A DNA stretch of 20,320 nucleotides from Octopus sinensis (lineage: Eukaryota): contig NW_021823929.1 in assembly GCF_006345805.1 (NCBI RefSeq), forward strand, positions 1 through 20,320, in the 5' to 3' direction. The notes beneath the pieces are model-generated. The model saw only the letters and a list, made by a program, of their open reading frames with translations, did not search any database and was not told the DNA's origin. Position 1 is the first letter of the stretch; each line of letters begins with the position of its first letter. This document shows positions 1 to 9,212 of this stretch, piece by piece. The position numbers and the translations under genes were made by a program.

Positions 1-55
1 CATTTTTGTATCACCTAGCTGTTTGGATGTTTTGCGTTCTTGTCCCATTTTGAAT

Positions 56-80
56 TATATATATATATATATATAATATC

Positions 81-126
<46 letters not shown>

Positions 127-245
127 CAATATAATATTGTATGTATGTAAATACAATATAATATATATATAATACAACATATATATATATATGTATGTAT
201 GTATGATGTAGTATGTATGTATGTTATATTATATGTGTAGATATG
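56..245. repeat. (TA)n / (TATG)n microsatellite
   Basis: Direct reading of TA and TATG tandem runs. Confidence 0.95.
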
Positions 246-621
246 TATAAGTTAATTGTTCCTTCTATGAGATACTTATCTATATTTCTGTCAGATCTAA
301 AATAACTCCATTATTGGCTTGCTTGAATATATTATATATTATATTAAATATATGTAAAGGTAAGATTCAGGGATGGCGGTGTAAGAAGTAGTAAACTTCA
401 AGCACTCCGTAAGATGGATAAAAAAACAGCTTTCATATTACAGATCATGATTAGTGATGCGATAGTGGTTTTTTGACGTAGAAGGTTCAAATTTTTGTTC
501 TAAATTTTTCATCCCATATTGAAGTTCAATAAGCTGAAAAAAAAGTTAGCAGCTTGGGCTACTGTGTATGTGAATGAAAATCTAAATTTAGGGGATGGAG
601 CAGATAAAATCCAGGTTACTT

Positions 622-944
622 ATGTTTCATAGCTAGCAGAACCTTGGAAGTTGTAAATTATCCAAACGAGGGGTAGACCGGAACTGCACTTCACGCCAAG
701 AATACATTCATTATATGAAGTTTAAATCGTCATTAGGAGATCCCGTGTTAAACCTTCGGTTGTAATACGATCAAAACGCAAGGGATTTGATCGAAATGCG
801 TTCGAATCCTCCACAAGTTCACAAGGGATCTCCCAACGACAATGTAAACTTCATATGATCATATATCCTTGGCCTTAAGTTTAGCTTAAGTGTAGCTTCG
901 TTTGGATAATTACTACTTCCGAGGTTCCGCTAGCTCTGGAACAT
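622..944. mobile_element. Foldback / MITE-like long imperfect palindrome (~323 bp)
   Basis: Left arm ATGTTTCATAGCTAGCAGAACCTTGGAAGTTGTAAATTATCCAAACGA (622-669) matches the reverse complement of 898-944. CCAAGAATACATTCATTATATGAAGTTTAAATCGTCATTAGGAGATCCC (696-744) matches the reverse complement of ~825-872. An inner pair CGATCAAA/TTTGATCG lies at 768-793. Confidence 0.75.
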
Positions 945-1038
945 GTTTCCCTAATTCTGAATATATGTGTATGTGTATATATATATATATATAATCAGAA
1001 ACAGCAGGGTGTAATTTGAGGTTGATTGGCTTCTATTT

Positions 1039-1515
1039 GGGATCTTTTCGTTTGGACGGGCAGGTTTTTTCTAGCGGTGTCATATGAAATTGTCACCTAT
1101 AATTATGACCCTATCCTAATCGATCTATTGCATTTCAATCTGTTTTAGGGTTAGAATTAGTTAGGGTAGGGTTAGGGGTGTGGGGAAGGGTATCTTTTTT
1201 TCTTTTTTTTTCTTCACAATGTAAATAAACCTCCATCTGTTTCTTAAACGAGGGATATATTCATACGGCACAGAATGTTTTTTAACCTCAATAGAGACGT
1301 CACTGATTGGTTGAAATTTGCAGAAATTGAAGAAAAAACAACAAATAATCTTACAAATTATAGAATTTTTCCCTTTTTCCCAATAAAGCCAGAGAAAAAT
1401 ATTTTTATAAACCACATTCTACCAGTATACGAAAGTTTAAAAGTGTTTAGTTTACGTGGAAATTTTAAAAAAAAAAACTAAAAACTACTGCTGCCGTTCA
1501 AACTGAAAAGATCCC
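1039..1515. mobile_element. Non-autonomous DNA transposon (MITE) with ~25-bp terminal inverted repeats
   Basis: Left TIR GGGATCTTTTCGTTTGGACGGGCAG (1039-1063); right TIR CTGCCGTTCAAACTGAAAAGATCCC (1491-1515). Flanks TCTATTT and GCTATTT form a probable 7-bp TSD with one mismatch. No transposase ORF. Confidence 0.85.
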
Positions 1516-1704
1516 GCTATTTGTAATAGGTCTGTCCAAAAAAAGTTTTTTCTCTATCGTTGGCGCATGTATACATAAGACACTGTGGTATATTGAGAGA
1601 ACTTTGGCAGCTCCCATATTGACTTATACATACATAAATCAGTAAATTGCGTATTGAGAGATTTGACTCTATTTTTCTCCTTGTCTTATGTCCTCTACCG
1701 TTAG

Positions 1705-1740
1705 GAGACTCCTCGTTGGCGGATATCTATGGTAACGCAG
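1705..1740 (+). CDS. Candidate 36-nt internal exon of an unidentified host gene (xDSSLADIYGNAx or ETPRWRISMVTQ)
   Basis: Branch-like TTGAC (1663-1667), AG-free polypyrimidine tract ending TAG at 1704, length divisible by 3, strong donor CAG|GTATGT, GC-richer than flanks, two open frames. No homology was recognised. Confidence 0.5.
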
Positions 1741-2076
1741 GTATGTTGTTTAAATATTTCAAATTTGGCATGCGATAAAATGAACAATATTTTAGAAGTA
1801 CTTATAATGTTGCTGGAAGGAGGAAAATGTCATTACAGTGTAAATATAGGTAGGTGGAAACAAGCTATCAATAAATTAGGGAGGCGGAGCTATATTTTCA
1901 ACTGTAAATGTTTAGTCTAAACTATCATTTGAAGAGAGTCGAACAGGCAATGTGTCATCTGTCATGTGATTTAAATCTAGTGTAAGTAACGCAGACGCCA
2001 TTATTTATTTATGTATTTATTTATTTAGATTATGCTATGAAGTCGTTCATTTACTCCACTCTCTATACGTATATTG

Positions 2077-2700
2077 TCTCTCGCTCTCTCTCTCTCACTC
2101 ACTCTCTCTCTCTCTTTCACGCACACACGCGCGCACCTACACACGCACACAAACAAATGCACACGCGCTGACACGGACAAACAAACGGACAGTGAGAGAG
2201 AGAGTGAGAGAGAAAGAGGGACAAACACAGTCGCAAATAAAAACTGACTCTCTCACACACACACACGCTTACACACACACACACACGTACACACACAGAA
2301 ATACACAGACACACATACACAGACACACACACACAAATACACAGACACACACACAAACACACAGACTCACACACACACACACAAATACATACACAAATAC
2401 ACAAATAACCACACACACACACACACACACACACAAATACACAGACACACACACACACACACACACACACACCACAACAAATACACAGACACACAAATAC
2501 ACAGACACACACACAAATACACAGACACACACACAAATACACACACACGTACACACACATAAATACACAAACATACACATACACAAATACACAGACTCAC
2601 ACACACACACACAAATACACAGACACACACACACACACACAAATACACACACACAAATACACACACACACACACACACACAAACACACGCGCAAACACAT
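2077..2700. repeat. Compound (CT)n/(CA)n microsatellite with recurring CAAATACACAGACACACA subunit
   Basis: Direct reading; explains the Val-Cys and Thr-His ORFs. Confidence 0.95.
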
Positions 2701-3177
2701 ATGCACATTCACCTAAACACGTCAAAACTAGGAGCAAGATTTTAAAAAAAGATAAATTCAAACAAAAATAGAAACCTTCTTAATGACTTGATGTTTCAAC
2801 TGAAATTAATTAATTTTGGTTGAATCGAACAAATCTTTAATTCAAAAATGCAATGTTGAAAACAAAAAAAAGTTTGTTGATAAAAGCAAGCCTTTAGAAA
2901 TAATAATAATGCAATCTTTATATTTCTCTTTCTGTTTTTTTTTTGTTTTGCGGGGAGTGGGGAGTGGGGGGGGGTGAAGTTGGAAGAAATGGCGGTGGTA
3001 GGGTTATGGTGGTGGTGGTGGTGGTGGTGGTGATGGTGATGGTAATAGCAACAAGTAAAATAACAAATAAATAAACAACCGTATTAATTACGGAGCTTTA
3101 GTTTGGCATCGTGTTTTGTTTCTGAAATTCTTTTTTTTTTTTATTTTAAATGTTGATTCTCGGTCTGTAAATGTCTT

Positions 3178-3184
3178 TATAATA

Positions 3185-3267
<83 letters not shown>

Positions 3268-3370
3268 AATGACGACGACAAACAACAACAACAACAATAA
3301 TAATAATAATAATATCAATAATAATAATATTAATATTAATAAAAAAAAAAAAAAAATAATAATAATAATA

Positions 3371-3404
<34 letters not shown>
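3178..3404. repeat. (AAT)n/(GAT)n/(AAC)n compound trinucleotide microsatellite
   Basis: Direct reading. Confidence 0.95.
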
Positions 3405-3921
3405 TGATCTTAAATGATTGGCAGTGTTATCATGTACATTGTTTTTGTCTTGGTATAAAAGATGGGCTACAGCAAATATTCTGCTCCATACCACAGATTT
3501 GCTTGTCAGTTGTTTGACCTTAACCAGTTGAGCATGTCCCTTAGTGGCTGACGATATGTGCATCTCTGATCACCAGCAGTAGTAGTGGAGGAGCATAATA
3601 GCCATGTGTTGAGAGGGATTCTTTGGGGTTTGAATAATTCACCTCTGGAAACATGGGTGTTTCGTTCAACATCCTAAAGCAACCCTTATTCAGGGACCTT
3701 TTGTGCAGGATGGGCTACTCGACCTGAAGAAAATTCTAACTGGGCCCCACCTGCAAGGTCATGTGCTGTTTATCTTGATATGAGATCACCATGTTGCGCA
3801 CATATGGTTGTGATGCATGTGCCTGGTGTACCCTTATCAGTCGGGTAGTCATGATGGGTATACTGGGCTTTGTATATTTTACCCCAGTGTCACTTTGATG
3901 GCATGAACTGCTCTCTCACTC
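3405..3921 (-). mobile_element. ~517-bp non-coding interspersed repeat inserted within an (AAT)n tract (probable non-autonomous retroelement)
   Basis: Complex sequence flanked on both sides by (AAT)n, with no credible ORF and no tRNA head. From recall it resembles an abundant octopus repeat; orientation and family are inferred. Confidence 0.6.

Positions 3922-3960
<39 letters not shown>
3922..3960. repeat. (AAT)n microsatellite
   Basis: Perfect AAT run abutting the R4/Dong fragment. Confidence 0.95.
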
Positions 3961-3961
<1 letters not shown>

Positions 3962-5076
3962 GGAAGTCAAGAAAGTTCCTAAAGATGCATGGAGTCCATA
4001 ATCCACGTGCAGACACTGATCGCCTATACATGAAGAGAGCAAATGGAGGAAGGGGACTGATAAGTGTGGAATACTGCGTGCGTATCGAACTCGAGAGTTT
4101 AATGACATATCTAACCCAAAGTAAGGAAACCTTGCTAGTGAGAGTTAGGAACGAGGGAATATTGAAAGCAGAGAATAATGGAAAAACGAAGAAAGAAGTA
4201 CAAAAAGGACATGAAGACGAGTTACGCAAGAAGGGACTACACAATCAATTCCGTGTAGCCACAACAAAAGTTGCTGGAAAAACCAGGTGGGATTGGCTGA
4301 AGAAAGGACACTAAAAAAAGAGACCGAGAGCACTATACTGCAGCGCAAGACCAAACTTTGGCCACGAAATGGAGGGTTAACCTGAGGAATGAGCAAGTGT
4401 CTCTGCTGTGCCGCATCTGTAATAGAGTGGATGAAACCATTGCCTATATTATAATGAATGCCTTAGACTTGTCCAAAACCACTACAAGTTGTGGCGACAC
4501 GACCAAGTAGCGAAAGTGCTACAAGCTAACTGCGAAAAGTTGGGGCTAGAGAGAGCAAGACATGGTCTGAGTACAATTCGCAGAGAGTGACAGAGTCGGA
4601 GACTAGCAAAATCCTTTGGGATTTCCCAATCCAAACAGATCAGGTGCTAGAGCATAATAAACCGGACCTAGTGGTGGCGGACAAGGTGCATCACATATGC
4701 TATGTAGTTTATGTTGAATGCCCCTTTGACCCATGAATAGTCAAGAAGGAAGGCGCAAAGATAGATAGATACAACCCTTTTAAGTATGAAATAGGCTGGG
4801 TATGGAAAATGAAGGTGAAGATAGCGTCAATTATTGTTGGGTCTTTGGGAACAGTATCAGAAGGCATCAAGAGGAATATGAAGGAAATTGGAATAGAATG
4901 CTCAGTAGATCTTTTACAAAAGGTTTGCCCCCTTGGCACGGCTAGAATAATGAGGAAAGTATTAGATAGCTTAAAATAACGAATAGCATGGTACTGTAAG
5001 CTGCAGGTAGTAATCCCGCTACGGATGCAAGACTTCAGGAGCTCCAACAAAACCTGGGATAAGGAGAAAATAATTA
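3961..5076 (+). mobile_element. 5'-truncated, decayed R4/Dong-clade non-LTR retrotransposon (post-RT region, zinc knuckle, restriction-like endonuclease, 3' UTR)
   Basis: Across frameshifts it reads HNPRADTDRLYMKRANGGRGLISVE..WDWLKKG..ETESTI.AAQDQTL..CRICNRVDETIAYI.NEC..RHDQVA..KILWDFPIQTDQVLEHNKPDLVVADK..KIDRY..IIVGSLG..LGTARIMRKVLDSLK* (stop at 4977-4979). A short 3' UTR ending in AATAATTAT follows. It starts directly after (AAT)n. Confidence 0.92.
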
Positions 5077-5077
5077 T

Positions 5078-5290
5078 ATTTTCTACTATAGACATAGGGT
5101 CTGAAATTTTGTGGGAGTGGACTAGTCGATTAGATGGATTTCCAGTGATTCACTGGTACTTGGTTTATCGAAACCGAAATGATGAAAGGCAAAGTCGACC
5201 TCAGTGGAATTTCAACTGAAAACGTAAGAACGGACGAAATGTCGCTAAGTATTTTGCCCGGTGTGTTAACGATTTTTCCAACCCGCTGCT
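5078..5290 (-). mobile_element. Degenerate tRNA-derived SINE (family A, GTCGACTTTGCCTTTCATC core)
   Basis: GATGAAAGGCAAAGTCGACCTC core and head homologous to copies at 15197-15427 and 15983-16213; tail like the 19354-19576 copy. Confidence 0.85.
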
Positions 5291-5293
5291 TGA

Positions 5294-5412
5294 GGAGCAA
5301 CGTGAAATATAATGTTTTGCACAAGAACACAACGCGTCACCCGTTCCAGGATTCGAAACCACAATCTTACGATTATGAGTCCAACATCCTAACCGCTGAA
5401 CCACGCACCTTC
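5294..5412 (-). mobile_element. tRNA-derived SINE 5' fragment (head plus CORE-like segment)
   Basis: Minus strand GAAGGTGCGTGGTTCAGCGGTTAG (A box) ... GGTTTCGAATCC (B box); homologous to ~9048-9166. Confidence 0.85.
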
Positions 5413-5438
5413 CCATATAATAATAATAGTAATAAGTG

Positions 5439-5757
5439 TTTCTTTTATTGGTTACAAGGGCCAAGACATGGACGAGTTATAGCACATCAAAACAAAACAG
5501 AAACGAAAAATTTTTAAAAATAGGTGGGGGTTACATCGATCAAAGTGATACACTGCTACAGAGTGTATATAAAAAGAATCAGAGAAATAAACAAATAAAC
5601 AAATAAATAATTAGAATGCCCCATAGCGGGGCGCTGCAATTAGGGTGATTCGAGGTAAGCCCTACGCAAAACCCCCGGATAACCCTGCCATTTCCAAGGA
5701 ATGGGAAAGTGCTCTCTTCCGATTTCTTTCCTTCTGCCCAGAGAGGTATACTCTATT
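5439..5757 (-). mobile_element. Probable LINE (L1/Tx1-like) 3' UTR remnant
   Basis: The minus strand ends CCCTTGTAACCAATAAAAGAAA (AATAAA at 5444-5449) and runs into an (ATT)n-like tail. It is flanked by trinucleotide tracts. The family assignment is from recall. Confidence 0.5.
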
Positions 5758-5801
5758 AGTAACAACAACAACAACAACAATAATAATAATGATAATAATA
5801 A

Positions 5802-6365
5802 AAGTTGAAGAACTGGAAAGTGAAAGCGACGCATGAATAATACCTCAGAGAAATGGAAGGGAAAAATAAGGCCAACACCTGGAAGTGGCTAAGGAAAAAT
5901 GATCTGAAAGGATGCACTGAAGCATTGATATGCAGTGCTAAAGAACAAGTTCTGAGAGCTAACTACACCAAATTCTAAATAGATAAGGGTACTGAATTGC
6001 TCGTTTGTAGGATGTGCGGCACCAAAAATGAAACAGTCTCACATATTGTGAGTGAGTGTAGTAAACTGGCTTAAAATGAATGCAAAAGGAGACATGGAAA
6101 CATAGCTAGGTATGTTCATTGGGGATTGTGAGAGAAGTATGGTCTTAGAAAGACATTGAAAAGGTACAAACATAAGCCAGAAAGCGTCAGTGAGAATAAT
6201 GGTTATAGGATATTGTGGAATTTTACAATCCAGTGTGATTCAGTTATTGATGCTCGGATACCAGACATTGTTGTAGTCGATTAAATGATGAATGAAACCA
6301 AGATCATAGATATTACCATACCTGAGGATGTAGGATCAGGTGGCAAAGAACTTGAAAAGATTTAT
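5802..6365 (+). mobile_element. Second, divergent R4/Dong-clade retrotransposon fragment (zinc knuckle to endonuclease), pseudogenised by stops
   Basis: One frame with stops: NTWKWLRKNDLKGCTEALICSAKEQVLRANY..CRMCGTKNETVSHIVSECSKLA*..RRHGNIARYVHW..RILWNFTIQCDSVIDARIPDIVVVD*..KIIDITIPED..KELEKI. It has an intact CX2CX7HX4C and PD..D..K motifs and begins immediately after (AAC)n(AAT)n. Confidence 0.92.
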
Positions 6366-6680
6366 TTGGAAAGAGTTGTTTGATGTGAGGTACATTAGAA
6401 GGACAGTCTACAGTTTACGTGGGGACTTACGTAAAAAAAGATAAAGAAGGGATGAGGTAAAAAGTATACAAAGACTATAAAATGTGTAGATTAATGAAAG
6501 ATGTAGTCCTCCTGATAGGGGAGAGTCGCTAATTTACGACAGTTACAGAACAACACCAAGATTACGAGCACGAGCTCTTCTGAACAGACTATCCATTTCG
6601 TTTTCGTCGAGGCCCAGAAATTCCCTGAGAATATTGTTTCTCTTTCCCGCCAGTATTCCATGTCATTTCACAAAGGGTAT
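6361..6680 (-). mobile_element. Possible 3' end of another retroelement truncating the second Dong copy
   Basis: The minus strand ends in AATAAA exactly where Dong similarity stops. A short coding-like stretch ILREFLGLDENEMDSLFRRAR is followed by a pyrimidine-rich UTR-like segment. Confidence 0.3.
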
Positions 6681-6690
6681 TGAGTGTCAG

Positions 6691-7014
6691 GTGAAGGCGC
6701 GTGGCTTAGTGGTTAGGGTAATCGGATCAAGATCAGAAGGCCGTGAGTTTGATTCCCGGCGATGACTAGTGTCCTTGGGCAAGATATTTTATTTGACATT
6801 GCTCCTGTTCACTGAGCTGACAAAAATGAGTTGTACCTGTAATACAAAGAGGCCAGCCTTATCTCACTCTGTGTCATACTGAATCTCCCTGAGAACTGCG
6901 TTGAAGGTATGCGTGTCTGTGGAGTGCTTAGCCACCTGCACGGTAATTTCACGAGCAGGCTGTCCCTTTATCGGATCAACTGGAGCACTCGTCGTCGTAT
7001 TCGACGGAGTGCCA
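6691..7014 (+). mobile_element. tRNA-derived SINE with CORE-like segment
   Basis: GGCGCGTGGCTTAGTGGTTAG A box, GAGTTTGATTCCC B box, TGTCCTTGGGCAAG CORE-like motif; the head is shared with the 8828-9165 copy but the tail differs. Confidence 0.85.
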
Positions 7015-7256
7015 TCGGGAGTCTGAGATCGAGATCAACCGATCCTAACACCCGATCAGGATCGGTCAATCTCGATCCCTGATTCAGTTTATTGGTAGAG
7101 GGTGGTGAGTACCTGACGATATTCTAAATGCCAAGTGACCAATGTCTTATTTAGAGGTGACAAGATATTGCATTCGTAAATTCTTTAACACCCTCTAGGT
7201 TTGGCATGATCGATCACGCTTATCTATGTCGAAACTTCATCCAGCCCCATTCATCT

Positions 7257-7492
7257 CTCTTTACTCTTTTACTCTTTTACTTGTTTCAGTCATTTGACTG
7301 CGGCCATTCTGGAGCACCGCCTTTAGTCGACCAAATCGACCAGACTTATTCTTTGTAAGCCTAGTACTTATTCTATCGGTCACTTTTACCGAACGCTAAG
7401 TTACGGGGACGTACCGTAAAACACCAGCATCGGTTGTCAAGCAATTCTAGGGGGACAAACACAGACACACAAACATACACACACATATACAT

Positions 7493-7523
<31 letters not shown>

Positions 7524-7726
7524 ATTATATATATTATATATATATATATATATACGACGGACTTCTTTCAGTTTCCGTCTACCAAATCCACTCACAAGGC
7601 TTTGGTCGGCCCGAGGCTATAGTAGAAGACACTTGCCCAAGATGCCACGCAGTAGGACTGAACCCGGAACGATGTGGTTGGTTGGTTGGTAAGCAAGCTA
7701 CTTACCACACAGCCACTCCTGCGCCT
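7257..7726 (-). mobile_element. Full-length tRNA-derived SINE (family B, with internal TA/TG microsatellite and (AAAAGAGT)n-type tail)
   Basis: Minus-strand head AGGCGCAGGAGTGGCTGTGTGGTAAG...GGGTTCAGTCC, CTTGGGCAAGTGTCTT motif; collinear with 9213-9666 and 18038-18615. Confidence 0.92.
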
Positions 7727-7778
7727 CAAGTAGATTTTAAGGTAATGATAGACTTAGCCATTCAATAACTAGACAAAA

Positions 7779-7882
7779 TAAGTATCTGTTGCTGGACGTG
7801 ATATAATCGACTAAATGACCTCATTAAGACAGCATTCTAGTATGGCCGCAGTCCAATCACTGACACCAGCAGAATACAAAGA
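7779..7882 (+). mobile_element. Degenerate 3' tail fragment of SINE family B
   Basis: ATCGACTAAA...AGTATGGCCGCAGTCCAATCACTGA matches the family B tail. Confidence 0.6.
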
Positions 7883-7891
7883 AGGTCAGTT

Positions 7892-7895
7892 ATGT

Positions 7896-7936
<41 letters not shown>

Positions 7937-7952
7937 TGTGCGTGTATGTGCG
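7892..7952. repeat. (TG)n microsatellite
   Basis: Direct reading. Confidence 0.95.
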
Positions 7953-8827
7953 TTAGGTTAGCTAACAGTTTGCATCTCTGGCGATTTGTGTGTATATTTC
8001 TTGGTTTGGTGGGTACAATTATTTATTCATTCTGTTCGCTTTATACGATCAGTCAAAACTAATAGAAAATTTCATTTATCATTAAGGTTTATTACATTCA
8101 AAATTAGTATGATGTAATCTATACTCCCTCAATCTCAACTTAGTCTTTATCTGGCAGACATAATATACATTATGTAACAAAAATTGATACTGTCTCGTAG
8201 ATCGATACTTGTAGAAAATAACCACGAATATTTTGAGCGAGATTGATACTTGCGCTAATTTGGAAGCAAAAGCTTCTAATATTAGCAAACTGGTACACAG
8301 CAACCAGTTTGCCTAGAATGCTTTATTGAGATAGAATGTAGACAAGCAACCATAGTAATGTTTAGTAATTTCCTTAGATCGTTACAGCAACATTCAGAAA
8401 CGCGTATTCGTACAGTGGTTCAAAGTGAGATGATTTTAAATGGCTTCTCGCTGCATTGTTCAATAAAGAATTGAAATATTTAAGATCAATACTTCACACT
8501 AACCAAGCACTCATCAGATATATGCAGTTCACATACACATAACGCTGCCATGAGGAAGGTCACTCTGCAATCGATTTCATTCCTTTCTTACGAGGACAGA
8601 GGTTTCGTGTGGTCGATTGAATCGGTATCAGCATTAGTGATAAAAGACGGTCACCCTTTCCGAGTTTTGAGCTCATACCGCAAAGAGATCTGACTAATTA
8701 CTGATATTATGGTTCAACAGCCATTTCATTCTTTTCACATATCCAAGGAGCCCATCAGCCCGTAGCATTAAACTATATTTCGTTCCAAACTTTACCAGCC
8801 ATTTCTTTTTTTTAACAATAAACCGAT

Positions 8828-9165
8828 GATGACCCCCTTCGGTCAGACACTGACCATGGGTTTGCACCTAGAGAGTTACTCTCTGAGGCACAAGTCTGGG
8901 CAAGGTTGTTTCATGGAAGACCAGCAGTCGCCCATGCATACCGGCCTCCCCTCTCCACGTCACCGATGTTGTCCAAGGGAAAGGCAAAGGGGCCGATACA
9001 GCTTGGCACCTGTGACGTCGCAACTCATTTCTACAGTTGAGTGAACTGGAGCAACGTGAAATAAAGTGTCTTGCTCAAGAACACAACACGCAGCCCGGTC
9101 CGGGATTCGAGCTCACAACCTCATGATCGTAAGCTCGACGCTCTAACCACTGAGCCATGCGCCTT
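8828..9165 (-). mobile_element. Full-length tRNA-derived SINE with 12-bp target-site duplication
   Basis: TSD CAATAAACCGAT at 8816-8827 and 9166-9177; minus-strand A box TGGCTCAGTGG and B box GAGCTCGAATCC; CORE-like segment. Confidence 0.93.
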
Positions 9166-9212
9166 CAATAAACCGATACCTCTTAGAATTTGGCCAACGC
9201 AAAAAATACGCA

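Noticed and set aside
1723-1736. ATATCTATGGTAAC matches the degenerate RFX X-box consensus
   Set aside because: The consensus is degenerate, the match lies inside the candidate internal exon, and there is no other promoter evidence.
2117-2716. Cys/Val-rich and Thr/His-rich ORFs (also 18154-18539 and 10547-10756)
   Set aside because: Translations of (CA)n/(TG)n microsatellites.
4709-5095. 128-aa and 121-aa (3879-4244) minus-strand ORFs
   Set aside because: Antisense shadows of the R4/Dong coding remnant.
8285-8316. Perfect 10-bp hairpin GCAAACTGGT/ACCAGTTTGC followed by CTAG, as a Helitron 3' end
   Set aside because: There is no spacer between hairpin and CTAG, the next base is A rather than T, and no matching 5' end was identified.
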